Below, one piece after another: positions 49,821 through 60,395 of a stretch of 64,000 nucleotides of DNA (position 1 is its first letter; every line of letters begins with the position of its first letter). Source of the DNA: Leptospira sp. (lineage in GTDB: Bacteria > Spirochaetota > Leptospiria > Leptospirales > Leptospiraceae); contig JAWXAQ010000027.1 in the NCBI GenBank assembly GCA_034439575.1, positions 371,681-435,680 on the forward strand, read 5' to 3'. The notes below the pieces were generated by a model. That model was not told the origin of the DNA. It saw only the letters and a program-made list of their open reading frames with translations, and searched no databases. The position numbers and the translations under genes were made by a program.

Positions 49821-51263
49821 ATGAATTTTTCAATATTTCCGGGAAAAAATGTACTTTTACTTGGTATAGGTGGAAGTGGTATGTCAAGCCTTGGTCATAT
49901 TTTAATTGATTTAGGATTGATTGTTTATGGCTATGACAAAAAACAAACGGATGTTACAGATTACCTGAAAGAACGTGGGGCAATCGTATTTAATCGTTTA
50001 GATGATATCGATATAACTAAAATTAATTTTATCGTTTTTAGTTCCGCTATAAATGATAAAAACCATCAAATATTTCAGGATGTAAATAAATTATCAATTC
50101 CTATGTTTCATAGGTCAGATATATTACATAAAGTATTTGCAATAGGTAAATCTATTTCTGTCGCGGGTTCTCATGGCAAAACTTCCACCACGGCAATGAT
50201 CGCTCAAATTCTTGAATCACATAACTTAGATCCTTCGGTGATGATTGGTGGTGATACATCTATATTAGGTAAAAAAGGTGGCAAATTTGGAAAAGGGGAA
50301 TATGGTGTATACGAATCCGATGAATCAGATGGGACTTTTTTAAAACATAAAGCAAATTTGCGCATCGTTACTAATGTCGACAATGATCATTTGGATTTTT
50401 ACCAAACTAGGGAAAAATTAGAATCCGCTTTTTTAGAATACATTGCCCCTGAATTTCCGGGAACTGTCGTATTACAAGGGCAAGACGAAGGTGTACAATC
50501 TGTAATTAGTCTCATTCCAAATATTCAAAATATATCAAAAGAATTTTATCTTTGGCTTTTGTTAGATGAAGAAAATGGAAATTCAATCAGCCAATCCATT
50601 ACCAATTTAAAGATGACTCTCGGCGAAAGGTTAAAAGTCATACCTTATCAATTTTTAGAAGGTTCATTGCAATTTTATTGGGAAAATTCATTACTAATAT
50701 TAAATCTTCCTTTTTCCGGGAAACATTACCTTACAAATGGGTTAACAGCCTTTGTAAGCACCATGCAAATCGCAGGGCTAAAGAGTGATACGGTGATAGC
50801 TACATTAAAAAAATATGAAGGTGTTAAACGAAGACAAGAAATACTGGGAAATATAGATGGAGTACAAGTCATAGATGATTACGGTCATCATCCCACTGAA
50901 ATTCGCACAGTTATCCAATCATTAAAACAATCTTCAAAAGAAGGAACTAGAGTCGTTGTAATTTTTCAAGCACATCGTTATACGAGAACTCAAAATTTGC
51001 AAAAAGAATTGGCAGAAGCTCTTCATTTTTCCGACTACTTGTTTTTATTGCCTATTTATTCCGCAGGCGAATCTCCAATACCTGGAATCTCAGAAAAAAG
51101 TATCGCCAACCACCTAACTAATCAGAATTTTAAATTATTGAGCGGTAATATTATCGAAGATATAAAATCAATAAAAAAGGAAATAAAGACAGATGATATC
51201 TTGTTATGTTTAGGTGCTGGAAATGTACGCGAATGGGGAGAAGCTCTTTTAAAAGGAAATTAA
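49821..51263 (+). CDS. murC: UDP-MurNAc-L-alanine ligase
   Basis: GIGGSGMS, GSHGKTSTT, ESDESDG, DDYGHHPTE, HRYTR. Confidence 0.96.
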   Translation: MNFSIFPGKNVLLLGIGGSGMSSLGHILIDLGLIVYGYDKKQTDVTDYLKERGAIVFNRLDDIDITKINFIVFSSAINDKNHQIFQDVNKLSIPMFHRSDILHKVFAIGKSISVAGSHGKTSTTAMIAQILESHNLDPSVMIGGDTSILGKKGGKFGKGEYGVYESDESDGTFLKHKANLRIVTNVDNDHLDFYQTREKLESAFLEYIAPEFPGTVVLQGQDEGVQSVISLIPNIQNISKEFYLWLLLDEENGNSISQSITNLKMTLGERLKVIPYQFLEGSLQFYWENSLLILNLPFSGKHYLTNGLTAFVSTMQIAGLKSDTVIATLKKYEGVKRRQEILGNIDGVQVIDDYGHHPTEIRTVIQSLKQSSKEGTRVVVIFQAHRYTRTQNLQKELAEALHFSDYLFLLPIYSAGESPIPGISEKSIANHLTNQNFKLLSGNIIEDIKSIKKEIKTDDILLCLGAGNVREWGEALLKGN

Positions 51264-52372
51264 ATTTCAAAAAATAAGGGTGATACATCCTCGAGTTTAC
51301 CTCGAAAGTTCAAATGACCCATTTTTCTTCCTTTTTTTATCTCTTTTTTTCCATATAAATGCAAAACATAACGATCATCTTCTAAAAGTTTGATTATTTT
51401 TTCCATTGAATCATTGTAATGATTTCCCAAAATATTTTTCATGATTGTAGGTTTGGTATGTTTGATCTTTGGTTGGAAAAAATTACTAACAGCCGCAACA
51501 TGAAGTTTAAATTGGGAGACACTACCACAATTTTGACTAAAGTGACCAGAGTTATGTGGTCTTGGTGCAAATTCATTTAAATAAATTTGATCTCCCAAGA
51601 TAAAAAATTCTACACCCAAAGTTCCTACATAATTTAAAGAATCTGCTAATTTTTTAGCTATCTCAGCAGCTCTTTCATTTATATCCGATTCAATGTTACT
51701 TGGATAGATAGAAATATCCAATATATGATTTTTATGAATATTCTCAACGCTACCATATGTTTCAATATGTCCATTTTGAAATCTTGTAAGGATAACACTG
51801 ATTTCTTTTTCAAAAGAAATTTTTTCCTCAACTAAATATTCTTCTTCACCCGTAGGAAATGCCTTATTTAAAAAATTTGTATAATCATCCTTTGATTCAA
51901 TTTTAGTTTGTCCTTTGCCATCATAACCAAATCTCAGGGTTTTTATGATCCAAGGAAAGGAGAAATCGACCAAAGTATTGTTCTTTGTTAAATGAAAAAA
52001 TAGGGGAGTTTTTAAATCCAATTTTTTAAAATGAGATTTTTCTAAAAAACGATCTTGTGCTATGATTAGTGCATGTGGATTTGGAAAGATTTTTAAATCA
52101 TGATTTGATTGAAAAGATATTAAAAATTCTAAAGTAGATTTGGGAATGTTTTCAAATTCGAAGGTTAGAATTTGGATTTTATTAAGAAAAGACTCGAGTT
52201 TTTCCAATTCATCGTAAGCTCCAACAGTGATAGGAACTCCAATCTCTTTTATCGGTGAATCTTCGTCAGGTGAATAACAAAACAAACTTATCCCGTGATG
52301 CAAAGTTTCCTCTGCCATCATTTGACCTAATTGTCCGGAACCAAGAACACCTAAACGAAGTTTGTTTTTCAT
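51260..52372 (-). CDS. purK: N5-carboxyaminoimidazole ribonucleotide synthase
   Basis: GSGQLG, EFEN, GYDGKGQ, NEFAPRPHNSGH, RKMGH. Confidence 0.96.
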   Translation of the reverse strand: MKNKLRLGVLGSGQLGQMMAEETLHHGISLFCYSPDEDSPIKEIGVPITVGAYDELEKLESFLNKIQILTFEFENIPKSTLEFLISFQSNHDLKIFPNPHALIIAQDRFLEKSHFKKLDLKTPLFFHLTKNNTLVDFSFPWIIKTLRFGYDGKGQTKIESKDDYTNFLNKAFPTGEEEYLVEEKISFEKEISVILTRFQNGHIETYGSVENIHKNHILDISIYPSNIESDINERAAEIAKKLADSLNYVGTLGVEFFILGDQIYLNEFAPRPHNSGHFSQNCGSVSQFKLHVAAVSNFFQPKIKHTKPTIMKNILGNHYNDSMEKIIKLLEDDRYVLHLYGKKEIKKGRKMGHLNFRGKLEDVSPLFFEI

Positions 52373-52873
52373 TTAAAAATTAAGATGAGAATTTAAAGAA
52401 AGAGCCTCGGTTTTTTGTTTTTCCGCATATGCTTTTAATGCCTTTGAGAGTTCAGGATTTGAAAGCGATAAAATACGCACTGCAAGTAATCCTGCATTTG
52501 CAGCACCACTCGCTCCAATGGCAAGTGTTCCCACTGGAACGCCTTTTGGCATTTGAACTATAGATAATAGACTGTCAATTCCTGAAAGAGATTTAGAAAG
52601 GATAGGTACTCCAAGAACTGGCAGAGTAGTCAAGGAAGCCGTCATGCCCGGAAGATGCGCCGCTCCACCAGCGCCAGCGATGATCACCGAATAGCCATTA
52701 GACTCAGCTTTACTCGCAAAATCAAACATAAGTTCTGGAGATCTATGTGCAGAAATGATTTCTTTATGATAGGGGATTAAAAATGTCTCCAAGACCAAAC
52801 AAGCCTCTTTCATCGTATCCCAATCAGAATGCGATCCCATGATAACAGCAACTTTTCCTTTCACAGTAGACAT
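52373..52873 (-). CDS. purE: N5-CAIR mutase
   Basis: [30 protein letters not shown]. Confidence 0.97.
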   Translation of the reverse strand: MSTVKGKVAVIMGSHSDWDTMKEACLVLETFLIPYHKEIISAHRSPELMFDFASKAESNGYSVIIAGAGGAAHLPGMTASLTTLPVLGVPILSKSLSGIDSLLSIVQMPKGVPVGTLAIGASGAANAGLLAVRILSLSNPELSKALKAYAEKQKTEALSLNSHLNF

Positions 52874-52902
52874 AAACTAATTCTTGCTTTCAGGTTGCGA
52901 CA

Positions 52903-54300
52903 TCAAGCTTTTATTCGGAGCAAAGATTCAACGATTCTTTCCATTTTCATTGATCTGGAACCTTTCACTAAAATGACGGTATCTTTTGGATAAAGATTTT
53001 TTAAGTCTTTGGCCAAAGAATCAAAATCCAGAAAATCATCAGGTAATGTTTTGATCGCATTTGATTTTAAAGGTAGGGAAAAGTATTTAGCATCTTTACC
53101 AAAAGTGATGAGTGAGGTTTTTTTGTAAGACGTTAATTGTTTTCCAATTTTTATATGGTATTGTTTTGAAAATTTTCCAAGCTCTTTCATACTTCCCAAA
53201 ATCCATATGAGTGGTTTGTCGCCTGCAACCTGTGTACTTGCTTGTATGGAAGATAACATCGATTCAGGATTTGCATTATAAGTATCATCAATGACTTTAA
53301 AATATTCAGCTTTGATATTCAATCGTTTATCTGGGGCTTTGAAAGTTTGTATTGCTTTGACAATATTTTTTTGATGCAAACCCAAATGTTCCCCGAGGTT
53401 AATCATTCCCCTAACATTTGTAAGTAGAGTCCTACCAGGTATTAACCAATTCAAAACCTGATCCTCATACTTCAATTTGAATCCATTTGCATTTTCTGAA
53501 ATAATTTTTAAATTGGATTTATCAGTGTTTGACCAAACCTTCACTTTGATTTTCAATTTTGTAGCTCTACGTTTCACAAGTGATAAAAAATCAGTAGTAT
53601 CTGGTAAAAACAATACACCCGATTTTTGCATTCCTATGAGTATGTCAGATTTTTCAAGGGCGATATTTTTTGGAGATTTTAGGTTTTCAATATGGGCAGA
53701 ACCAATATTTGTGATGATAGCGAAATTTGGTGAAGCTATCTTTGACAAATATTCTATTTCCCCTCTTTGGTTCATTCCCATTTCACAAATCACTACTTTA
53801 GTAAATTCTGATATTCTAAATAACGTGAATGGCACACCTATTTGGTTATTATAATTTTTTTCGGTGATGACGATTTGGTTATTGGGAAGAAATGAAAATA
53901 AATTTCCAATCAAGTCTTTTGTAGAAGTTTTACCACTGGAACCGGTAATCGCAATCACTATGGGTCGGAAGGCATTTCTGTGAAACTTTGCTAACTCACC
54001 AAGGGCTAAAAGTGTATCTTCAACCAATATAGCTTTTTTCTGATCTTCGATTGATAAGGTCTTTAGAATCGGATGTTTGTTTTCACAAAGAAAAAAACTG
54101 GCACCACGATTGAGGGCATCTGGAATAAAATTATGACCATCTCGAATGTCCTTTAGTGGGACAAATAAAGTTCCCATTTGGCATTCAAGGGAGGACGTTG
54201 ATATGGTTTGGACTTTTCCTCTTCCGTTCAACTGCAAAGTAGGATCACAATTTAAAACCCCGAGAATGGTTGACAAAGAATACGAAAAGGTTGTGATCAT
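52903..54300 (-). CDS. murF: UDP-MurNAc-tripeptide:D-Ala-D-Ala ligase
   Basis: DGH.F, ITGSSGKTSTK, NYNNQIGVP, EMGM, DDTYNANP, VKGSR. Confidence 0.95.
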   Translation of the reverse strand: MITTFSYSLSTILGVLNCDPTLQLNGRGKVQTISTSSLECQMGTLFVPLKDIRDGHNFIPDALNRGASFFLCENKHPILKTLSIEDQKKAILVEDTLLALGELAKFHRNAFRPIVIAITGSSGKTSTKDLIGNLFSFLPNNQIVITEKNYNNQIGVPFTLFRISEFTKVVICEMGMNQRGEIEYLSKIASPNFAIITNIGSAHIENLKSPKNIALEKSDILIGMQKSGVLFLPDTTDFLSLVKRRATKLKIKVKVWSNTDKSNLKIISENANGFKLKYEDQVLNWLIPGRTLLTNVRGMINLGEHLGLHQKNIVKAIQTFKAPDKRLNIKAEYFKVIDDTYNANPESMLSSIQASTQVAGDKPLIWILGSMKELGKFSKQYHIKIGKQLTSYKKTSLITFGKDAKYFSLPLKSNAIKTLPDDFLDFDSLAKDLKNLYPKDTVILVKGSRSMKMERIVESLLRIKA

Positions 54301-54351
54301 AGCACTTAAGAAACCAATCTAAATAGAGTTTCCCTTTTTGGAAGAAAAACT

Positions 54352-55416
54352 TTGAAACAAATTCCTAAAATCAAGACACTACTTGTAGGGCTTGGTCGCA
54401 TTGCCCATGGTTTAGAAAAGGATCCTTATCGTATCAAACCTTGCACACATGCTGGGGTTTTGTATTCAAATTGGGGGAAGCGTTATTTTACGTTAGACGG
54501 TATTTGTGATTCAGACACATCTAAAGTAGAGACATTTTTTTCCGAGTGGAAGCCAAAACCCATTCCGGAAAATATTAAATTGCCAAAGTCAATTTCAAAA
54601 ATATCTAATCTTAGATTCCCTTTCGATTTTGCTATCATCGCAACACCAAGTGATTCTCATTTTGAGATTGCCTGCCAATTATTAAACTCTGGCATTCCCA
54701 ATCTGCTAATCGAAAAACCAGTTTGCCTAAGTGCCAAAGATGCTATCTTTCTAAACCAATTGGCCAAATCCAAGGGTGCCAAAGTATGGGTGAATCATGA
54801 GAGGCGTTACCACCCGCGATATATATACATTCGAAACAAATTAAAATCAAATGCTTGGGGGAATGTCAAATTGGTTAGGGCCAATGTATTAACTTCCGCT
54901 AAAAATCCAGGCCTTGCTTTTTCGAAAATGGGAGGGGGACCTCTTTTGCATGACGGCACACATGCGATCGATTTACTTTTTTGGATGTTTGGTAAATTAA
55001 ATCTTCGTTATGCGAATGTAGAGCGACCAGGTAAAAAATATTTTGAAGATAGGGCAAGTGTTTGGCTTGGAGCTCGAGATGGTTTGGAAGTGTTTTTGGA
55101 TGTTTCTGGTGGCAGAGATTATTTCCAATTTGAAATCGATATTTTTACAGAAAAAAATAGAATCATACTTTCGAATGATGGATTCCAATTATTTGAATCT
55201 AAACCATCAACTTTATACAAAGGCTTTAAAAGTCTAAAACAGGGCTCGTTTGAAAAAATTCCAAAAATTGAAAAATCAAATGCATTTTTAGGAATTTATC
55301 AGGAAATCCATCAAAACATTTCTAAAAAAATCAATTCTCAAGAGGGCAGCTTAGAAGATAATATAGACATATTGCAATGCATTGAGAGTATTTATAAGTT
55401 TAGGCGAAAAAAATGA
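54352..55416 (+). CDS. Gfo/Idh/MocA-family oxidoreductase
   Basis: VGLGRIA, IATP..H, IEKP, NHERRY, LHDGTHAID. Confidence 0.88.
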   Translation: MKQIPKIKTLLVGLGRIAHGLEKDPYRIKPCTHAGVLYSNWGKRYFTLDGICDSDTSKVETFFSEWKPKPIPENIKLPKSISKISNLRFPFDFAIIATPSDSHFEIACQLLNSGIPNLLIEKPVCLSAKDAIFLNQLAKSKGAKVWVNHERRYHPRYIYIRNKLKSNAWGNVKLVRANVLTSAKNPGLAFSKMGGGPLLHDGTHAIDLLFWMFGKLNLRYANVERPGKKYFEDRASVWLGARDGLEVFLDVSGGRDYFQFEIDIFTEKNRIILSNDGFQLFESKPSTLYKGFKSLKQGSFEKIPKIEKSNAFLGIYQEIHQNISKKINSQEGSLEDNIDILQCIESIYKFRRKK

Positions 55417-57074
55417 AATCCCAGCTAAAACCTGTTACCATCGGTCGGTCATTATTAGTTTATACCTTTGTATTTCGTACATGGATTTCGTATTATTTAC
55501 GAAGCAAATTTTCGAAACCATTTTTATCACAAACAAATTGGGAAAAATATAAAAGTAAATTTTTCACAAGGAAAGGAAAGGAAGCAAAAATCATATTTTT
55601 TAGGTTAGGTGGAGTGTATATAAAAATTGGACAATTTATTAGTAATTTATTTCACATTCTGCCCGAAGAATTTTTGTGGGAATTACAAGAGTTACAAGAT
55701 AAAGTCCCACCTCGTAGTTTTTCTCAAATCCAAAAAAGATGGTTTCAAAATTTTTCACAACCCATGGATCAAATTTTTACTGATCTAGAAGAGACATCCC
55801 ACGCAAGTGCCTCGACTGCTCAAGTTCATATTGGTTACTATAACCAAAAAAAGGTGGCCATTAAAATACTTTATAATGGTATCGAAGAGGAAGCCAAAAA
55901 AGATTTAAGAACGATAAAGAAAATTATTTGGTTAGTTGACACCTTCTTTATCTCAATTTCAGGCAAAGAGGTCTCATCACAATTGGAAGAGATGATCGAA
56001 TCTGAACTTGACCTTCGCAATGAATTAAAATACTTAAAACAAACAAAGCAAGTTTTCATAAGTGAAAAAGATTTTGTATTCCCTGAGCCAATTACAGAAT
56101 TTTGTACTCGTTCGATTCTCGTTACAGAATTTATAGAAGGCAAAAAAATATACGATTTCAATCCAGAAGAATGGGGTGCCAAAAAAAATCCTTATTTAGA
56201 AAAGATGATGCGTGCCTATCTTTTGATGATTTTTGAATTTAATTTTTTTCATGCCGACCCACATCCCGGAAATTTAATCTTATTGGAATCAGGCCAATTG
56301 TGTTTTATCGATTTTGGCGCCGTACAACAAATATCAGGTGATGAAACCAGGCTTTTAGAAAAATTGATACTTGGAGCCATGCGAAAGGATTATCACTTAA
56401 TGGCTGATACACTTTATGAACTGAAAGCTGTAAAAGATAGTTTAGGTAAGGAAGAACTCTGCCAAATTTTAAAGTACTCTATGGAAAAATTAAACCATAT
56501 CTTACTTACGACTAAAAATTTCAGAAATTTAAGTTGGGAAACCCTCAAACCGGCTGAAGATTTGCGATTTTTGAAAGAGATTCAAATCAGTTTAAAAGTA
56601 TTATTTCGATCCTTAAAATTACCTCCTAATTTTTTGAGTCTGCATCGAGTACTCGCATTACTTCTTGGTAATTTTTCTTATCTCGATCCTAGTCGTTCTT
56701 TATTCGAATATGCGGAAAAACCCTTTTCACAGATTGTTTTGAAGGGAAGCAGTTTTCGCAAACGATGGAAAGAAGAGGGAGAAGAAATATTGGCAAATTC
56801 CCTTTCCCTTCCCAAAGAATTGTATGAATTTTTATACCGCCTGAACCGTGGGGAATTTGTGTTTCAATGGTCCATGGAGAAACAGGCAAATGCAAAACAA
56901 CTTCTTCTACGGGAACAATTCACTTATGGAATCCTCGGATCGGTTTTTTTCTATTTCGGGATTTATTATGCTGAAAAAACCTGGAAAGAACCAAGTATGC
57001 TGTTTTATATCTTAGCTGGCATATCTTTTTGGTCTCTTGCCAAAGCAGCCTGGTCTTATCAAAATAAAAAATGA
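55413..57074 (+). CDS. ABC1/UbiB-family atypical kinase
   Basis: YIKIGQ, LQD.VPP, SASTAQVH, VAIK, FFHADPHPGN, IDFG; C-terminal TM helices. Confidence 0.92.
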   Translation: MKSQLKPVTIGRSLLVYTFVFRTWISYYLRSKFSKPFLSQTNWEKYKSKFFTRKGKEAKIIFFRLGGVYIKIGQFISNLFHILPEEFLWELQELQDKVPPRSFSQIQKRWFQNFSQPMDQIFTDLEETSHASASTAQVHIGYYNQKKVAIKILYNGIEEEAKKDLRTIKKIIWLVDTFFISISGKEVSSQLEEMIESELDLRNELKYLKQTKQVFISEKDFVFPEPITEFCTRSILVTEFIEGKKIYDFNPEEWGAKKNPYLEKMMRAYLLMIFEFNFFHADPHPGNLILLESGQLCFIDFGAVQQISGDETRLLEKLILGAMRKDYHLMADTLYELKAVKDSLGKEELCQILKYSMEKLNHILLTTKNFRNLSWETLKPAEDLRFLKEIQISLKVLFRSLKLPPNFLSLHRVLALLLGNFSYLDPSRSLFEYAEKPFSQIVLKGSSFRKRWKEEGEEILANSLSLPKELYEFLYRLNRGEFVFQWSMEKQANAKQLLLREQFTYGILGSVFFYFGIYYAEKTWKEPSMLFYILAGISFWSLAKAAWSYQNKK

Positions 57075-57090
57075 GTGAGTCGTAGTATCA

Positions 57091-57654
57091 ATGAAACTTC
57101 CTGAAAAACCTTTCTTTTCGGTTTATAAACCAACGTATTTAGTCTTTGTGCTTGTGGGATTTATCACGGATTTAGTTAGTAAATTTGTAATCATTAAAAA
57201 TATGAATGCGGAAGAAAGTATTCCCGTATTAGGTGAATTCTTTCGATTGTCTTTGACTTTTAATACTGGATTTGTTTTTGGATTGTTCCAAAACAATGCA
57301 CTTCCTTCACTTTTTGCGACAGGCTTTGCCATTATCTTTTTGTTTTTCTATCGCTGGAACAATTCCGAATTGGGAAATCCATGGGGCTGGAATCTTGTGA
57401 TGGCAGGTGCCTTTGGTAATTTCTTTGATAAGTTTTTTGTTAAAATTCCTGGTGAGGGATTTCGTTTTGGGTTCTCACCAGAAAGGCCTGGAATCGAGTT
57501 TATTGGCGTCGTTGACTTTTTGGACTTTGAATGGCCGAACTTCCTTTTGTTTGAAAGATGGCCAGCATTCAATGTTGCCGATTCTTGTGTCTCTATCGGA
57601 ATCGTGATTCTCTTAATCACTATGGATTGGAAAGAAGAAGAGAAAAAATCTTAA
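57091..57654 (+). CDS. lspA: Lipoprotein signal peptidase II
   Basis: [30 protein letters not shown]. Confidence 0.93.
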   Translation: MKLPEKPFFSVYKPTYLVFVLVGFITDLVSKFVIIKNMNAEESIPVLGEFFRLSLTFNTGFVFGLFQNNALPSLFATGFAIIFLFFYRWNNSELGNPWGWNLVMAGAFGNFFDKFFVKIPGEGFRFGFSPERPGIEFIGVVDFLDFEWPNFLLFERWPAFNVADSCVSIGIVILLITMDWKEEEKKS

Positions 57655-57657
57655 ACC

Positions 57658-58365
57658 TTATAAAAAGAAATTTCCCCGGACTGTGACAGAAAGTGTTTTA
57701 AATACTTCTGTCTCTTCTTCGGATTTGCCAACCTTCCAGTTAATCCCGGAAGGTGAGGCATATAAACTTCTAGCAGGTTTACCTTCTGTTAGCCCACAAA
57801 CACGAATGATGTGAGTTTTGGTTTCCTTGGATAGATTTGAAAAATAATCTAAATCTTCTTCGTAAGTCCGACCTGAATTTTCTCCAGAAAGATGAAAGAT
57901 AACCTCGATTTCCTCTTTTTTGAATTCTTCCCATATGGATTTATCATTGATGTCTTCCCCAATCAAAATTCCAAATCGCAATCCACCCATAATAAAAATG
58001 GATTCCGTATCTCCCTTTTGAAGGTCTTTTTCCGAGTGAGATAAATTTTTCTTATCATAAAAATCAACGATGACAAGGGATTGAACAATGGGGGATGAGG
58101 AGACGAGTTTGCCTTCCGCATTCTTTCTGTAATGTGAGCCACCCATAATCACACCTTGGTAAACTTCTGATATTTCCAATAAGTGATCTTGGTATTCTTT
58201 TTCATGGTTTGCGGCTTGGTTATTTGAAGATGCTTTAAAAAAATGCGGAAATCCCTCAGGTAGGAGCAGGAAGTTCGCCCTTTGACTTGCAATTTTTTGA
58301 ATTTGGTCGTTTGAAAATTTTTTATGAAGGTCTTTTTGGTAGAGTGATATTTTAATCGTGGGCAT
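57658..58365 (-). CDS. Carbon-nitrogen hydrolase (nitrilase)-fold protein, probably non-catalytic
   Basis: ISLYQ, LLPE, YDK, GILIGED where active members have G..IC.D; ATG at 58365. Confidence 0.65.
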   Translation of the reverse strand: MPTIKISLYQKDLHKKFSNDQIQKIASQRANFLLLPEGFPHFFKASSNNQAANHEKEYQDHLLEISEVYQGVIMGGSHYRKNAEGKLVSSSPIVQSLVIVDFYDKKNLSHSEKDLQKGDTESIFIMGGLRFGILIGEDINDKSIWEEFKKEEIEVIFHLSGENSGRTYEEDLDYFSNLSKETKTHIIRVCGLTEGKPARSLYASPSGINWKVGKSEEETEVFKTLSVTVRGNFFL

Positions 58366-58366
58366 T

Positions 58367-60292
58367 TTATATTGGATTTCCTGAAGGAAGTGGATCGTCA
58401 TCGATATCTTCAAATGATTCTAGTGGTTCATCTGTATTTGTCGTACTCGGACTGTTAGGGTTACTGGCTTTGGATTCTTCTTTGTCTAGACTTGGAGAAT
58501 TTGTATCGTCAAATCCACCGGAACTACCTTCTGGTGTTACGATTTCGACTCCAAAGGATTCTTTCATTTGTTCCGGAGTGAGCTCAACGAGCCCCCCATA
58601 GAGGTCGCCCGATTCAATGCGCTCAGCAAGTGCCATCACATAACAGTAGGATTCCATAATACATTGTTTAATGGGTTTTTTATTGAGTCTTTTTTTGGAC
58701 TCCATTGCATCAAGAGAGATGATTTCATCCATATTCACTATGATTTCTTTTTTAGATTTCATATCTTTTATAAACTCGAGCAATATATCTCTTGTTCTTT
58801 GATTGAAATCTTTAATCACCATACGAACCGTTCGTGATTGGCCAGTGCGTTTTTGTTCTATGCCTGTTAGTTTTTTAGAAGCTTCAATATAATTGGCACC
58901 AGGGTTTGCCTTGTGTTTATTTAGCTCACGCATGATGTCTAAATAAACTTTTAATTGGTCAGATATCGCACGTGTGGATTCATAAATATCCAACATCTTT
59001 TGGCGATAGTCTACTTTGACTCCATTAACATGCGTAAGTTTAATATCTATTTTTTTCGTAGTCAAAACAAATGAATATTCATCATCAAATTCTTTAAAAT
59101 AGAAGTAGGAAAGAAGGGCCTTATCTGTATCCGGTACAAAACTTAAATCATTCCTTGGATCAAATTTTTTACGCAATTTGGGAATCGAATACATCTGCAT
59201 CAGACGTAGTCCATAGGCTTGTTCTTTAGATAGCGGAATCTCTTCCTTTTCTGATTCCTTTTTTTCTTTCTCTTCTTCTTTTTTGGCTTTTTCTTCTTCT
59301 GCTTTTAATTTTGGATCAATTCCACCCGGAACATTTTCTCCGGTTTTCCTTGACCCTGGTCTATCTTCTGGTTGTATACCTAAAAGGTTTTCCATATAAC
59401 GGGAGATAAGTGGAATATTTTTATTTTCTGCACGAATCACAACGAGATATAATTTTTCAAAAAAAGTATCATAGAGATTGTCTATTTCTGCAGTGATCTT
59501 TCGTTTTTTAGATGCATAGATGAGAGAAGGTTTGTTTTCCACTTTTTGCAATTCGTCATAGGCTTGTAGAAATGATTTTTTGAGAGTCTCTTGGTATGGG
59601 TAAAGAATATACATTCTTTTGAACAAAGAATAAATTTGAGAACGAACACGTTCTATACTCACTGGCGACTCTGGCGCTGTCATGATCGGCTCAGTAATGT
59701 CTGTTAGTTCTGGGCCATTATAAAGTTTTTGAGCCATTGCAATTAGCTCAACTAACATTGGATTTATTTTATCAAGAGCTGCGGATACATGTGGAGAGTG
59801 TGTTGAGTTTCCTAAAATCTCATTCGCACTATAATTGCATTCGATTAAGGCTTGTTTGGCTTTTGTGGAAAATTCATGCATGAATCCAGGAAGTAAATCC
59901 GAAGAGCCAAAAGGCGTCACTCTCCCCATCCAACATTTTAATTTTACAGAGAAACGGGCGATGAAACTGGAAATTTCTTTTTCATAATCCAATTTTGCAT
60001 CGTTTGCCGATTTACTTGATTCAGTAGAAGAACTAGATTTGTTTTCAGAACCACGTCCACCACCAGAACGATTTCTGGATCTACTATCATCGTTTCCACC
60101 CCGAGAAACAGTTCCTTGTCTCGTTTTTAATTCAGCGGCTTTTCGTTTGTTTTCTTCTTCTTTGGCCGGATCTGGTTTTTCTTTGAGAACTTCACCTCCG
60201 GCACTAACGAATTTATTGAACATCTCTTTGCGAGCAGAGTCGTCGAGTTTGCCTACACCAATGGCTCTTTTTGTATTGTCAAATTCTGGCAT
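58367..60292 (-). CDS. Large helical hypothetical protein
   Basis: 641-aa ORF with Ser/Gly/Arg-rich, Glu/Lys-rich and acidic low-complexity segments; no motif recognised. Confidence 0.7.
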   Translation of the reverse strand: MPEFDNTKRAIGVGKLDDSARKEMFNKFVSAGGEVLKEKPDPAKEEENKRKAAELKTRQGTVSRGGNDDSRSRNRSGGGRGSENKSSSSTESSKSANDAKLDYEKEISSFIARFSVKLKCWMGRVTPFGSSDLLPGFMHEFSTKAKQALIECNYSANEILGNSTHSPHVSAALDKINPMLVELIAMAQKLYNGPELTDITEPIMTAPESPVSIERVRSQIYSLFKRMYILYPYQETLKKSFLQAYDELQKVENKPSLIYASKKRKITAEIDNLYDTFFEKLYLVVIRAENKNIPLISRYMENLLGIQPEDRPGSRKTGENVPGGIDPKLKAEEEKAKKEEEKEKKESEKEEIPLSKEQAYGLRLMQMYSIPKLRKKFDPRNDLSFVPDTDKALLSYFYFKEFDDEYSFVLTTKKIDIKLTHVNGVKVDYRQKMLDIYESTRAISDQLKVYLDIMRELNKHKANPGANYIEASKKLTGIEQKRTGQSRTVRMVIKDFNQRTRDILLEFIKDMKSKKEIIVNMDEIISLDAMESKKRLNKKPIKQCIMESYCYVMALAERIESGDLYGGLVELTPEQMKESFGVEIVTPEGSSGGFDDTNSPSLDKEESKASNPNSPSTTNTDEPLESFEDIDDDPLPSGNPI

Positions 60293-60395
60293 TTTACCTG
60301 ATCCGTTTACTACTCAATAGAATTAGATTGGTTTCAAAAAGCAATTTTTAATAGATTCCTAAGCAATTTCTTTAGAATGGTGGTAGAGGACAAAA

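Noticed and set aside
59240-59310. TTC/TTT-rich repetitive DNA
   Set aside because: It simply encodes a Glu/Lys-rich protein segment; not a tandem array or CRISPR.
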